NCBI GenBank assembly: GCA_951406725.2
Contig: OX597819.1
Location: 59,458,001 to 59,522,000 of the forward strand
From: Octopus vulgaris
Lineage: Eukaryota
DNA: 64,000 nucleotides
Reading direction: 5' to 3'
Both the position numbers and the translations under genes were made by a program. How positions within the stretch are numbered: the stretch's first letter is position 1; each line of letters begins with the position of its first letter. The notes below the pieces were generated by a model. It saw nothing but the letters and a program-made list of their open reading frames with translations, did no database searches and was not told where the DNA came from. Below are positions 40,628 to 55,964 of the stretch, piece by piece.

Positions 40628-41602
40628 TTACACATACGCATATCATCATCATCGTTTAACGTCCGTTTTCCGCGCTAGCACGGGTTGGACGGTTTGACCG
40701 GGGTCTGGGAAGCCAGGGGCCGCTCCAGGCTCCAGTCTGATTCTGGCAGAGTTTCTACGGCTGGATGCCCTTCCTAACGCCAACCACTCCGTGAGTGGAT
40801 TGGGTGCTTTTTACGTGCCACCTGCACAGGGGCCGGGGGGTCCGGCATCGGTCACGATCGGTTATATATGAATATGTGTATATTTATGTGTGTGTCTTTG
40901 TGTCTATGTTTATCCCCGCACCATCTCTTGACGACCCATCTTGGAGTATTTATGTCCCTGCAACTTAGCGGTTTAGCAAAAGAGACCAATAGAATAAGTT
41001 CTAGGCTTACAAAGAATAAGTTCTGGAGTTGACTTTTTTCAACTAGAAAACTCTTTAAGGTGCTGCTCCAGTATGGCCACTGTCAAAAGACCAAAACAAG
41101 CAAACAAATGAAAGAACAGAATATATACACATGCACACACACACACACACACACACACACTTCAGTCTGATGATCAGAGATGTGAAAGAGGAAGTGATGT
41201 GTCATCTGTTATAAACTATAATTAACTTTTGCTCCTTGACATTCAGTACTGTTTTGCACTTCTTGCCTGTATTGATGTACATACACCATATACATATAAA
41301 TACATATTCATATACATAGCATCATCATTTCAAGGCCACTTTCAATGCTTATAGAAACCCATGAACTTCAACATAGTTTCCATCTCCCCAATTGCACTCT
41401 CAGGGTATGAGGATTAGCCTGGGGCTATAGAAAATGACATTTGCACAAGATGTCACAGTGAGGGATTGTACCTTGGAAATTATGTCCACAAGGTTCAGAC
41501 CCACCAATGTGAATCCTTGGGCAAATATCTTCAACAATAACCCAAGGCAAGTGAAGCCTTGTGAGTGGATTTGGTAGAAGGGAGCTGAAAGAAGTCTACC
41601 AT

Positions 41603-41648
<46 letters not shown>

Positions 41649-42992
41649 CATGATGCGGTGTGTACTGTTGTCTGGACATCATCAAGTGATAGTTGTTAAG
41701 GAGCGTCATTGTCATACAAGCATAGGTGTTCATTTCCAGTTCTCCATGGAAACTGTCTGGCCAGGGGAAAATATCATCTTGCTGGGAAACTGGTGAGAGG
41801 TAGTGACAAGAAAGGCATCTCACCATTGAATATCTGCCTCGACAATTTCCATCTGACTCATGCAACAAGCATTGAAAAGTGAATGTTAAATGATGATGAT
41901 GAGTGAGGGGGGAGTGAAGGAAAGTGGTGTTGGCGGCAATGATGATTATGATGGTAGTGGTGGTGGTGACGATGACAACAACGTCAGCGACGATGACGAC
42001 ATAGCTTAATGAAACTGAATTGTTGTTTTCAATCTTCAGGTTTATGACACAGTGACCTTCATCTTGCGTAGCTACATGAGTTTCCAGGCACATGTTGCAT
42101 GATCTTTTGGTATGTTTTTGTTTAGTAATATTATGTCTTTTGTGCACCTGCAGCAAATTTTGTGTTAGTTTCAGCAGCTCAAGAAAGAAAAAAAACAAAT
42201 AAATCCATACAAACACACCATACAAACACAAAAATACAACATACAAAAGAACACATAATGCACACTTGCATACTCATACAACAGTACCAGAACAAGGACA
42301 TATCCATTATGTGGAAACTGTTTACAAACAAGAATAATCTATAAGGCAAGAGGATAACAAGACAGACAAGCTGAAAAACACTATAACTCCTTCTACCACA
42401 GAAACTTTCCAAGACAGAAACACACAGTACACACACATACACACACCTGAAAACCAACAATTCCAACAATACATGTTCCATAATGAACTGTCCAAATTTC
42501 TTTTACACATACACATACACACACACATATATAAACTCAAGACCAGTACAAATATGCTTGTGAGATATTTGAACCTGTAAAGGCTTTTCATTGCAGTTTA
42601 TTAAAGAGAAAAATATGGTTAAGAAAAGGAGGTGTGAAAATACCATTGTCAGTTCAGAGCACTCTCTATAGAACTAAAGGATGCATTCTGATCTCTTTAA
42701 TTCTCTTCAGCACCAGATACCATGAAATGCAATTCTGGACTGTCTTCAAAAACAAAGCGTCCTTTATCAAAATGTTTTCAACACCTTTTTATCTTAAGTG
42801 AGTATTTTTCTCCATGATAAACTGCAGTGACTGAGTTGTAATAGTTCTTGCCTGAAGATTGCAGTCATGTGATACACGAGTTGCATGATAAAAATTCAAA
42901 TTCCAGAAACCATATTCTCTACATGACACCTCTCTCATTTGCTCAACACAATTCAATATTCATGTGTATATATATGTATGTGTGTGTGTGAA

Positions 42993-43028
<36 letters not shown>

Positions 43029-43396
43029 CAAGGCAGCAAGCTGGCTGAACTGTCAGTATGAAAATCAAACATTAAATAGTGATGATGATGATGATGATGA
43101 TGATGATGCAATGTTAAAAATCAAAGCCATTTAATAGAGGTAGAGTACAGCATTTTTTTTTCTTCATTCATGGTTATATTTTCTTCTCTTTTGGATTTGT
43201 ATTTTAATCTGGAATATTTATGTAATCAAGTATACTGTAACAATAAATTGCTTATCAACAACAACAATAACAAAAATGCCACTGCTATAATCATACATAC
43301 ATATACATATATATATATATATATAAATACATGCACACACATACATACATATATATACATACACACAATGTTAGTGTGTCCGTTTGTGTGTGTATG

Positions 43397-43458
<62 letters not shown>

Positions 43459-44532
43459 TATATATATATATACATATACACACATATATAAATATATATG
43501 TATACATATACACACACATTTGTGTGTATGTGTGTGTATGCATGCGTGCATGTATGTATGTATGTATGTATGTATGTATGTATGTATGTATGTATGTATG
43601 TATGTATGTATGTATGTATGTGTTTGTGTATGGTGTTGCGTCCACGCATATATGTGTATTTCAAGTAAAAAAAAATCTGGATTACATATTTGGAGTTATC
43701 GGTTTTATGTAATAGAATTTACAGCCAACTGAAGCCATCAGCAGAGCGAGAAGAATTTATTACATATATATATATATAAAAAAAAAAAAAGATTTAATCA
43801 AATCCTGCACGATGCTGACCCCCCGCCCCCCTCTGCCTACCCATTTCTGCCCTGATTTATTACATACCGACATACACCCACACATGTGCACGCTGACACA
43901 ACCCTAAATCCATCAATATATGCACATATATGCTGTACACCTTAAGTGCAGCCATAGATAATTAAGTAGCAGACAGACAGTGCAGCCAACTACAACCACG
44001 TCAGATGCATCACATCTTTCTGTGTCAATGTTACTACAACTATTTCTGGTCAGGCCGGTGTTTCACACACTTGCGTATGTGTGTCTGTCTGTGTTCTCAG
44101 TTCACCTTGCTGATCAACATTCTCAAAATACCTACAGCAATGCTCCGTTGCCGCCAAAAGTCTACTTCTTTGTCGGGCACTATTTATTGATAGGCTTCCT
44201 TTACCGTCGACGTGGTTGTTGTTGTTGTAGTCGTTGTCGATAACCAGGTCAGCTTTGACATTGAGCAAGCCGACGATCAAAGACCCTCCAGCTGTGATCA
44301 TCCCATCTCTTTCGGTTTTATACAGTGTATCTAGGATTATCCAGTGTGTTTTCTTTATATCTTATGTTATGTTTTAAGAGCTATTCTTTCTTGCACTTCA
44401 AGCAACTGCACAGAGGCTTTAGGTTTTCTGCGTGTAGAGGGGAAACCACAAACTAAGATAGTACGGCTGTGGCCATCCCATCATTTTCGTTTTTATCATT
44501 AGTGTAAACATGATCATCCACTGTGTACGTGT

Positions 44533-44572
<40 letters not shown>

Positions 44573-46774
44573 TTTACGGTTTTAAAATGGTAGGCTTCAT
44601 TTTAAGGGCTGTGAGTGTGTGTGTGTTTTACTGTTTCAAAATAGTAGGCTGCATTTTAAGAACTATTCTTTCTAGCAGTTCAAACAACTGCACAGAGGCT
44701 TCAGACAATCTGAAGGAAAGTGGTGGGTTAGTCGGAAGACATTAGCTTATGATTTATACTGATGAATCTTCAACGTCATCTGTTTTATACATGTGAACTA
44801 CAAACTTAACAGACACGTTCAACAGAGGCTTGCGGGAGATTCCTGAGAAAAAAAATGTGTAAACGTTCCCAATTGCCCTACTGTGAGGTTAGTTGCAAAA
44901 TGCAAGGAGGGGCAGTTTCCAATCTACCCACAGTGGGGTAGGTTGGAAAATAATGTAAGAGCACCAATAATTATAGGGCAATCAAAGAATTATATTGGTA
45001 TCCTTTCAGTTTTTAATAACAATAACCGTATTTTGATCAGGTAATTTCAACTACCTATTATTGTCTTTTCGATTTGTTGTATATAAAAAAATTATTGATT
45101 CACAATGTGTTTTTCTATTTACTCTAGCTTGTATTTACATAATTTCTGTTGACAACACCCTGTTCTTCTGCTGTTGTGAAGAGCAGACAGAATGTATACA
45201 TTGTCCTCACGCCTGTATACGCATATTTTAACATTTTCTAGTACTGTAGGTTCAGAGAATTCAGAATATTTATTTGAAATACGTTTCAAAATTTTATTTG
45301 TTACCTCATCAGCTGCATTCAGTTCTTCACCATTGTAACACAATCTTTTTTCCTATTGGTATAAGGTCTGAAATTTTGGGAGAGAAGCTAATCGATTATA
45401 TCGATCCTAATGCTCAACTGATTTTTATTTCTCTGATCGTGAAAGAATGAAAGGCAAAGTCGACTTTGGCAGCATATATGCTCAGAAAGTAAAGACGGAC
45501 GAAATGCCACTAAGCATTTTGTCCGGTGTGTTAACGATGTTGCCAGTTCGTCACCAACTATTGCAAAATAATAGTACACCTTTTTCTTCCTTGAAAAATA
45601 CGCTGGAACAGTGTCCTTTACCACTGCATTTGAAGGGCACTAGAATAGCTGGGGGGGGGGGTAGAGGCGATCCTTCCGAGGCGGCGCTTTTCATCTTGTA
45701 GGCAATATGTGTTTTTTTTGTGGGGTCAGGGAGTGGTAAAAGGAAGGGCCTCCCCAGGAGGCACACATTCTAGCTATTCTAGTGTTGAAGGATCTCCATA
45801 TACCTGTATTTTTGAGGCTTGCTCATATTGAAATTTCCTTGCAGTTTTTGGTTTCTTCCACCACCATATGATTTCTTGTTCCTTCTCTAGGCCAGATGTG
45901 CTCTTTCACAACACTGAAGAAAGTCAGTGTAGATTCAAGCTCTCTCAGGCTTTCTTCTGCCACTTCTTTTTGTTGGACTAGCTTTAATAAAAGGACAGGT
46001 ATCTTCTCATTCCCGACTCTTCTATTTACTAAACACACTAAATATATCGAACATGTAAAGCTTTTACTATATAATGTGAAAAATACAGAAAGGTTTACAA
46101 GGAAACTTTCTGCATTAATTTCTTAACAGAAAGGTAGTACAAGAAGCAAGAAACTTTAATAAGATGGTCGCACACTCTTCATCAGGTTCCTTGTTTCTGC
46201 TGAAAAGAGGTGTTTCACCTTACCTCATATTCCAACTAATCTCATTTTCTCAGACCCATGACCAAAAACATTTTAGATCTGATTCTCCTGCTCTTCCTAC
46301 AGACATAGTATGTTTGGTGTTCCATCGTTTGATGTGTCCTTTTAAGACAACTAATGTGATTTTAAGAAAATTTAGCTGCTAGTTCTAGCAGATCTAGTGG
46401 GCATATAGAGTGTCCTTTGTTGGCTTGTGCAGCAATGTGTCAGTGTGTGTGAGTGTATGAATGTGTATTTATATATATGTATAAATATGTGTGCGTTGAG
46501 TGTTATGACCAAGACTAGCAATCTATTTATTCCTTCTTGGATAAAGTTGCATCTTTACATTGATTTTGAATCTCTAATTCAGAAGAACTTCAACAAAAGG
46601 TTGTGGGCTGTTTTGCCTTTGAATTATCTATCTATCTGTCTGTCTTGTCTATTTATTTGATTGTTTATGTACCTAGATATATGTGTGTGCATATGTATGC
46701 ATACACACACACACACATGGATAGATAAATTCATATATGTGTGTGTATATGTACGTGTGTGTGTGTGTGTGTAT

Positions 46775-47360
46775 ACACAGGGTAATTCAAAATAAATGGT
46801 ACAAAAGGAAAATATACATGTGGGAACTGTAATGAATATATTGCAAAAATACAGATTTTACATGAAAGGTTAACTCAAGTTTTGCTGACAGTCACAGACG
46901 TTCAATGTGGGTGACTTTTGCCACATGGCAGTTGTCTACATTAAAGTCTGGTTCTTACCACTCCTGTGCCAGCATAGCTTGATCAGTTGAACCAATTGCA
47001 TCACCTGTCCACTGCTTTAACTCCTGTAAGTGCTGTAGAAGTAGAGGTATGGACATGTTGTCTTCTAGATAACTCCAAAGGAAAAATCTGCAAAGCATTA
47101 GGTTGGAGGACCTGGGCTAGGGTGCAGACCATCAATGGTAAACCATTCACCCAAGCACGTCCAATCCAGCATTTTAGAAGATGCTTGTTGAAGTAATTGC
47201 GTACATGTCTATGCCAATATGGTGGAGCTCCATCATGCTGCATAATGGTGCCAAATACCGTTTCTTGCACCTGGGGCAACAACCAAATAAACAACATGTC
47301 AAGGTAGGTGTGCTCTATAACAGTGGACTCCATGACGAAGAAAGGCCCAGGTAGCACCGA
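46775..47360 (-). pseudogene. Tc1/mariner-superfamily transposase remnant
   Basis: GPFF...TYLDML...QHDGAPPYW...VRNYF...WIGR. Confidence 0.8.
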
Positions 47361-47743
47361 AAACAGTTACCTTTAGAGAATTATGTTCACAATCCAGTAC
47401 AAAATGCAGATTTGCCATGTCCCAAAATCTCAAATTTTTGCCTGTTCACTTTGCCACTTTGGTGAAAGTTTTATCAGTAAACATGAACCTATCTGTGAAA
47501 CCATTCACCTCACCTCCAGCCATGCTTGCAAATCCACATATATATATATAAATATATGTGTGTATACGCATACATGCACACACTCACACACACACACACA
47601 CAAATATATATATATATATATATTAAATTCAAATTTCGATGAACGTAAACAAACAAACAAAGTTTGCTTTAGAAGCGTTGAGATGTCTGAGAAAGTTAAA
47701 GAAGTGATTTTAAATTCTCAAACGCAAGACAATGCTAATAATA

Positions 47744-47986
47744 TAGCCTGAACAGGATAAGCTACCGCTATTTTGCAGGCAATAGTGTTGGCAGATGGCT
47801 ATGAGACTTGAACTCACATCTCTGTGATTACGCATCGTGGTGCTCTGAACCATTAAGCTATTAAGCTTTAAGCTTAATTGTTCAGAGCACCACAATGTGT
47901 AATCACAGAGGTGTGAGTTCGAGTCTCATAGCCGGCTGCCAACACATTTTTCTGCAAAATAGGGGTAGCTTATCCTGTTCAGGCTA
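47744..47986. repeat. Inverted repeat (~115-bp arms) made of a tRNA-like segment
   Basis: 47744-47859 vs 47871-47986; B box GAGTTCGAGTCTC; third arm copy at 49375-49495. Confidence 0.88.
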
Positions 47987-48081
47987 ATCCGGTTCTTGAC
48001 TGAGGATAGAAAGCTTCGAATGACCCGTCCTTGTTTTTTTGTATCAGCTACCTGGATGTTTTGCGTTCTTGTCCCATTTTG

Positions 48082-48157
<76 letters not shown>

Positions 48158-48165
48158 GTATATAT

Positions 48166-49072
48166 CATCATCATCATCATCATCATCATTTAACGTCCGC
48201 TTTCCATGCTAGCATGGGTTGGACGGTTCAACTGGGGTCTGGGGAGCCCGAAAGCTGCACCAGTCCAGTCAGATCTGGCAGTGTTTCTACAGCTGGATGC
48301 CCTTCCTAACGCTAACCACTCCGAGAGTGTAGTGGGTGATTTTATGTGCCACCGACACAGGTGCCAGACGAGGCTGGCAAACGGCCACGCTCGGATGGTG
48401 TTTTTTATGTGCCACCGACACAGGTGCCAGACGAGGCTGGCAGACGGCCACGCTCGGATGGTGTACAGGTGCCAGATGAGGCTGGCAAACGGCCACGATC
48501 GGATGGTGCTTGTTACGTGCCCACAGCACGGAGGCCAGTCGATGCGGTACTGGCTACGGCCACGTTCGGATGGTTTTCTTGTGTGCCACGTGCCACCGGC
48601 ACTGGTACCACAAAGATACAAATTCCATTGATGTTCATCTATTTTGATTTGTTTTGATTTTCACTTGCCTCAACAGGTCTTCACAAGTGTCACAAGAAGG
48701 AAGGTATGCACAGGTGGACTGACTACGTCCCAGGTAGGGGCCATGGGTTATGGCCTGACTAGTCTTGCCGGGTCTTCGGATGGTGTTTTTATGTGCCACC
48801 GACACAGGTGCTAGATGAGGCTAGCGAACGGCCACGATCGGATGGTGTTTGTCATGTGCCCACAGCACGGAGGCCAGTCGATGCGGTACTGGCTACGGCC
48901 ACTTTCGGATGGTTTTCTCTTGTATGCCACCGGCACTGGTACCACAAAGATACAAATTCCATTGATGTTCATCTATTTTGATTTGTTTTGATTTGATTTT
49001 GATTTTCACTTGCCTCAACAGGCCTTCACAAGTATCACAAGGAGGAAGGTATGCACAGGTGGACTGACTACG
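48166..49072 (-). mobile_element. SINE family C with expanded tandem array
   Basis: Family tail; ~60-bp units and a higher-order duplication; opposite-orientation copy at 49125-49371. Confidence 0.75.
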
Positions 49073-49127
<55 letters not shown>

Positions 49128-49513
49128 CCGATGGCATGTAAAAAGCACCAACCAATCAGGGCCACTGCCAGCCTCCCCTGGCACCTGTGCCGGTGGCACG
49201 TAAAAAGCACCCACTACACTCACGGAGTGGTTGGTGTTAGGAAGGGCATCCAGCTGTAGAAACACTGCCAGATCAGACTGGAGCCTGATGCAGCCTCCTG
49301 GCTTCTCAGACCCCGGTCGAACCGTCCAACCCGTGCTAGCACGGAAAATGGACATTAAATGATGATGATGATATATAGCCTGAACAGGATAAGCTACCCC
49401 TATTTTGCAGAAATAGGCAGCTGGCAGTGAGACTTGAACTCACACCTCCATGATTACATGTTGTGGTGCTCTGAACCATTAAGCTCAAAGCTTAATATAT
49501 ATATACATTAATA

Positions 49514-49568
<55 letters not shown>

Positions 49569-51055
49569 TACTTTCCATTATGAAGTGTAAAGAAAGTTTC
49601 AGCACACCCTGTGACACAATTACACTGTATCTGTATTATATATGGATTTATTTAATGGCAATTATTTGTTGTTTTGTCCAAAGAAGAGATTAATCAATAA
49701 AAAGTACTTTACATTTCGAGTTCAGAAACTGAATGTTACTTGTAGTAAAATGGACATGATATTGAATTTCCCAACTGAAAATATGAATATATGTATAAAT
49801 CTATTTATATATTTCTGAGGTGTACTTGCGTGGCAAGTGATTTGGTCTTACACTGTGTGTTGAAACCAAAACAATTACAGCATAGAAAATATATATTAAC
49901 CATTCAAAAAACACACAAATACTTGTTAACTTCATTTCAAACTTCTACTATTTGGTGTCAAAATTTCCATGCGACTGACACAAGTGACCAAGTTGCAACT
50001 GGTGCGATGAAAATTTTGATAATGAGTAATAAATGTTTAAATGTAATTAATAGTTTTGGTTTGTTTTTGAATGGCTAATAATGCATCCTCCACACTGTAA
50101 TTGTTGTGTTTGTATATCTTTCCATTTATCTATCTATTAAGCTATCTATACATCCCTGAGCATAAGGCAATGGATGAAAGTCTCTGCCCTTGACTCAGCT
50201 ATGTAACTTCACAGCTAAATAAAATATATGCATACATATATGGTATATGGTATGTACTATTGTATCCATATACTTATATATACATATACACATGGATACA
50301 TATACATATGTGTATCATGGATGCAGATAAGGTGCCATTTAATATATGAATCTTATTAGATGATAAACTTCTTCAATGACTTACATATTTTGACTGTACT
50401 TTTGATAGCTTGTAATTGTAATCTCTTGAACCCAGCATCTCAATATTGGTTTCAAATTTTGGTAGAAGGCTAGTAATTTCAGTGGAGGGTGTAAGTCGAT
50501 TACATTGACTCCAGTACTCAACTGGTACTTACTTTTATTGACCCTGAAAGGATGAAAGGCAAAGTTGAACTCAGAATATAAAGACAGACGAAATGCCATG
50601 AAGCATTTTGCCTGGTATGCTAACAATTCTTTCAGCTTGCCACCTTCCAGCATCTCAATATTGATACTTGAAATAATTCTATCTACAAGGCCAAAAATTT
50701 TGAGAGTTGGAGCTGATCAGTCACACTGACCCAAGTACTTGACTTGACTGGTACATATTTAGTGGTTTCAAATTTTGGCACAAGGCTAGCAGTTTCAGGG
50801 TTAGATGGCAAATCAGTTACATCAGCTATAGTGCTCAACAAGTGCGTGTTTCATTGACCCTGAAAGGATGAAAGGCAAAGTTGACCTCAGCAGAATTTGA
50901 ACTCAGAACGTAAAGACAGATAAAATACCACAAAGCATTTTGTCCAACATGATAAAGATTCTGGCTGCTTGCCACCATTTATAATAACAATAATGATGAT
51001 GATGATGATGATCATCATCATCATCATAATAATAATAATAATAATAATAATATTG

Positions 51056-51093
<38 letters not shown>

Positions 51094-51630
51094 CATGGCA
51101 CTCCGTCAGTTATGATGACAAGTGTTCCAGTTGATCTGATCAACGGAACAGCACTCCAGAGACACGTGTACTCTTAACATAGTTCTCGGAGAGATTCAGT
51201 GTGACATAGAGTGTGACAAGGTTGGCCCTTTGAAATACAGGTACAACAGAAACAGGAAGAAAGAGTGAGAGAAAGTTGTGGTGAAAGAGTACAGCAGGGT
51301 TCGCCACCACCCCCTGCCAAAGCCACGTGGAGCTTTAGGTGTTTTCGCTTAATAAACACTCACAACACCGGGTCTGGGAATTGAAACCACGCGTCCGTTG
51401 CCCTAACAATTTACTTTTTCTACTCTAGGCACAAGGCCTGAAGTTTTGGGGGAACGGGGTGGCAGTTGATTAGATCAAGCTCAGTATGCAACTGGTACTC
51501 AGTTTATCGACCCCGAAAGGATGAAAGGCAAAGTCAACCATGGCAGAATTTGAACTCAGAATGAAGCAGCAGATGAAATACTGCTAAGCTTTTTTCCCAG
51601 CATGCTACTGATTCTGCCAGCTCACTGGCT

Positions 51631-51667
<37 letters not shown>

Positions 51668-51669
<2 letters not shown>

Positions 51670-52107
51670 GATGGGCTACAGCAAATATTCTGCTCAATAC
51701 CACAGATTTGCTTGTCAGTTCTTTGACCTTAACCAGTTGACCATGTCCTTTAGTGGCTGAGAATATATTCATCTCTGATCACAAGCAGAAGTAGTGGGGG
51801 AGTATCAGAGCCATGTGCTGAGAGGGATTCTTTGGGGTTTGAATAATTCACCTCTGGAAACATCCTTAAATAACCCTTATTCAGGGACCTTTTGAGTGGA
51901 ATGGGCTACTCGACCAGAAGAAAATTCTAACTGGGCCCCACCTGCAAGGTCATGTGTTGTTTATCTTGATATGAGATCATCATGTCATGCACATGTGGTT
52001 GTTATGCATGTGCCTAGTGTACCCTTATCAGACAGGTAGTCATGATGGGTATACTAGGATTTGTACCCCAGTGTCACTTTGATGGCATGCACTGCTCTCT
52101 CACTCAA
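51668..52107. repeat. Unclassified (TAA)n-flanked interspersed repeat
   Basis: Partial second copy 52115-52177; reverse-complement copy 63116-63469. Confidence 0.7.
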
Positions 52108-52196
52108 TAATAATAAAAGATGGGCTACAGCAAATATTCTGCTCAATACCACAGATTTGCTTGTCAGTTGTTTGACCTGTAACAGGATGAAATGTC

Positions 52197-52736
52197 TGTA
52201 ACACTGGAAGGGTGCAGCTCTCATCCCTTACATTAAATTATTAATCAAAGGAAAAGCCAAGACTTCCAATAACTTCAACAGCATAAATATTTTTATTTCT
52301 GGATTCGCAATATATACATTCTTCTTCAGGACGAATCAGCAGCCTAGGATCTTGTCGCAGTAGTCAAGTGGAGTGAGCCAAATTCTGTCCATTCAAGCAT
52401 AGTGTAGCAACACCACGAGGTGGATACTTGGGAGGGCTGCTGCAACATGACCGTCCTGTTCGGCTGTCAGCATTCGAGAGAGATCGATACATGGGGAATT
52501 TTGCTGCTGCTAGTTTTCTGTGCATGTGCAGGAGGGAACTTCCGGCAGGCCTCCCGGAAGAATCCAAACTCTGTGCATGCGTGCTGAAGATTTCCAAAAT
52601 GGCATCACTACAAGGCTCCCCCTCAAGTGTGGAAGCACGAAACAGAAGATTGTAGTGGCTCCAGAAAACAAGATGGCTACCGATCACCCAGAAGATGTGG
52701 CACACAATATGGCAACAGAAATAACTGTGAATGCAA

Positions 52737-52779
<43 letters not shown>

Positions 52780-54668
52780 TGCACAAAGTTGTTTTCTTTT
52801 CTTATCAAAATGTCCAAGAGTAAAATATGAAATTGACTAGGAGAAAAAGAGAATGTCAAATATAAATTGTTTTTGAAAGTTTCTTGGGCCAGTGAACAGT
52901 TCTACCTGATCTGATAAAATAAGTTTTGCTCGGGGCACTTTTCAACGATGAAGGTGGCGTTGGTAGAGGCAAAGGTGTCTGTGTAGGTGAATGTGTTGTC
53001 AAAGGAGCATAGGTGGGTGTGGCAGCAGTGTCATCGAAAGATGTAGACACCTCAAAATATGCTTTTTTTAGTCGGTCCACAGAAATGGCCCCCGTACGAC
53101 CATTCATCTTGATGGTGAAAACTTTGGGTATGCGAGAAAGCACACAGAAGGGTCCTAAGGAGAAACAAGAGGTCCCTTGACAGAGTCATCTTGAACAAAA
53201 ACATGCGACCAAGAGTCCATATCCAGTGGGACATGAGAGGGTGGAGATTGTTCCCTGGAAACCATGGGCAGAAGATTTGAAAAATAAGTACGAAGTCTGG
53301 TGACATAAGACGCTGGATCATGGAGCTGTGAAGTGTCTGGCACCAACATCGTACCAGGCAATGCCAGTGTGGTATCATACAGTAGCTCTGAAGAAGAAAA
53401 ACCCAGGTCTGCCTTGACCGCAGTATGACAACCAAGAAGCACAATTGGCAGAAATTCAGTCCAAGACTGTGGATCTGCAGAGGCACAAAGAGCGGCCTTG
53501 AGCTGTGTATGGGACCGTTCAACTAATCCATTAGAAGCTGGATGATAACTGGTAGTGTGAATGTGATGCACACCTAGAATACGTGACAATTCACGAAATA
53601 ACGAAGCTTCAAACTGACTTCCACGATCAGTAGTTAATCTGGACGGAACTCCGAAACGGGAAATCCAGTTAGAAACAAAAGCTCGAGCAACAGACTCAGC
53701 AGAAATATCTGCTATTGGAATGGCTTCTGGCCAACAGGAGAAGCTATTGACACAGGTTAAAAGATAAGAAAACCCATGACTCACAGGCCATGGTCCAACC
53801 AGTTCAATGTGAACATGGCGAAAACTGGCCTCCGTAGGAGGAAAGTGTCCAAGGGGGGCACAAATGTGCCATTGAATCTTGGACTGCTGGCACTTGGAGC
53901 AAGTGCATGTCCAAGAGGTAATAGTGTGGCACATATTCGGCCAGAAAAAACGAGCAGTGATACCAGGATGTGATACGGAGTGCAGTGCTTCAAACATTGA
54001 GCGTTGATGATTCTCAGGCACAAGTGGCCTGGGAGAACCAGTGGAAGTATCACAAAGAATAGTACCTTCAGCTGACCGAAGTGGAAGATAGGCAAACTGG
54101 CAACAGGAGAACTTAGGCGAAGTTAAGTCTAACATCGCCAAAGGTGGCTTATCCTGAGAAATGGCAGTTAAGTCAATTGCAGCAGGAGACGAAAGAGAAC
54201 AGACTGGAAGGCGAGAATGAGCGTCAGCAGGAACATTCTCTTTTCCAGGTATATGACAAATGTCACTGGTATATTGTGAAATAAAATCCAGGTGATGGAA
54301 AGCACAAGGTGAGAGTTTGTCCGTTTTAGATGACAGGGCAAACGTAAGAGGCTTGTAATCAGTATAGATCACAAAATCTCGACCTTTGAGTTGATGCTGG
54401 AAATGATGAACCGATAGATAGATTGCTAGGAGCTCACGATCAAAAGTGTTGTATCGTCACTCAGCTGGTTGCAGTTGGTGAGAAAGGAAGCCAGAGGTCA
54501 AGTACGATCGTCCACTGTGTGTTGCAACACAGCACCAATCATTATGCCCGATGCATCTACAGTTAAAGAGAGAGAAGCACCAGGAACAGGATGTGCAAGC
54601 AAAGGAACAGAAGCTAAATCCTTCTTGGTGGACTCAAAAGCTGTCAGTGCCTCAATGGAGAGGGTGAC
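52197..54668 (-). mobile_element. Gypsy/Ty3 LTR retrotransposon 3' half (RNase H, integrase, PPT, 3' LTR), decayed
   Basis: VDASG...FDRELLAIY, TDYKPL, FGVPSRLTTDRGSQFE, YHPASNGLVER; PPT GAGGGGGAGCC at about 52614-52624; LTR TG...CA 52612-52197 with AATAAA. Confidence 0.92.
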
Positions 54669-55194
54669 TTGACCATCATCATTTTAATGTCCATGCTTGC
54701 ATGAATCAGACAGAATTTGTTGAGGTAGATTTTCTATCAAAGGATGCCCTTCCTGTCACCAACCCTCGCTTGTTCCCAAGCAAGGTAATATTTCTCCATG
54801 ACTGGACATGTTTTCATGGAAGTTTGGAAATGGAGGATACTTTCTGAATGACAGTGACACTCACAGCTATCATCTGATGTCAAGGCAAGAAGGCAGTGGA
54901 ACTCACACACACACACACACACACACACAAGCACATTCACACATGTATGTGTGCAGAAAAATTGTTTCCTTAGAGACACAATACAATGCAAAAACAGATA
55001 CAAATAACATGGAAAGACTTTAATCCCAGATGAGAACATGAATGCTTCTCATGTGAGATCATAAGTTGCAATCTGATAAGAAATGTAACTAAGCCCGTTA
55101 CAACATGGATAACATGTAACAGTATAACAACATGGATAACAACAACAACAACAACACAATAACAGTAACAACAACAACAGCTGCAATAATAATG

Positions 55195-55946
55195 GTTTCA
55201 ATTTTGGCACAAGGCCAGCAATTTGGGAGGATGGGGAAGTTGCATTTTAATAATAATAATAATAATCCTTTCTACTACAGGCACAAGGCTTGAAATTTGG
55301 GGGGAGGGGACTAGTCGATTACATTGACCCCAGTGTTTTGCTGGTACTTGATTTATTGACCCAAAAGGATGAAAGACAAAGTTGACCTCAGTTGAATTTG
55401 AACTCATAACATAATGATGGACAAAATACCATTAAGCATATTACCTGGCATGCTAATGATTTTGCTAGCTCGCCACATTATAATAATCATAATCCTTTCT
55501 ATTGTAGGTACAAGGCCTGAAATTTTGAGGGAAGGAGGTAAGTCGATCACATCAACCTTAGTACTTGACTGTTACTTAATCTATTGACCCTGAAAGGATG
55601 AAAGGCAAAATCGACCTTGGTGGAATTTGAACTCAGAACGTAGCGACGGGCGAAATACTGCTCAACATTTCATCCAGTGTGCTAACGATTCTGCCAGCTT
55701 GCCACGTTATAATAATAATAATAATAATAATAATAATTACTATAGGCACAAGGCCTGAATTTTTGTAGGGATTGAGACAATCGATCACATTGACCCCCAG
55801 TACTTGACTGGTACTTAATTTATTGACCCCGAAAGGATGAAAGGCAAAGTTGACCTTGGTGGAATTTGAACTCAGAACATAGCGACGGGCAAAATACTGC
55901 TCAGCATTTCATCCAGTGTGCTAACGATTCTGCCAGCTTGCTGCCT
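55195..55946 (-). mobile_element. Tandem cluster of SINE family B copies separated by (TAA)n
   Basis: Three near-complete units plus a fragment. Confidence 0.8.
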
Positions 55947-55964
55947 TAATAATAATAATAACAA

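Noticed and set aside
45080-45345. Possible piggyBac transposase remnant (VYILSALH)
   Set aside because: Only one short motif; insufficient without a profile search
45823-46038. Possible minus-strand host exon (LVQQKEVAEESLRELE...)
   Set aside because: Stop before the nearest donor, no recognisable homology, no partner exons
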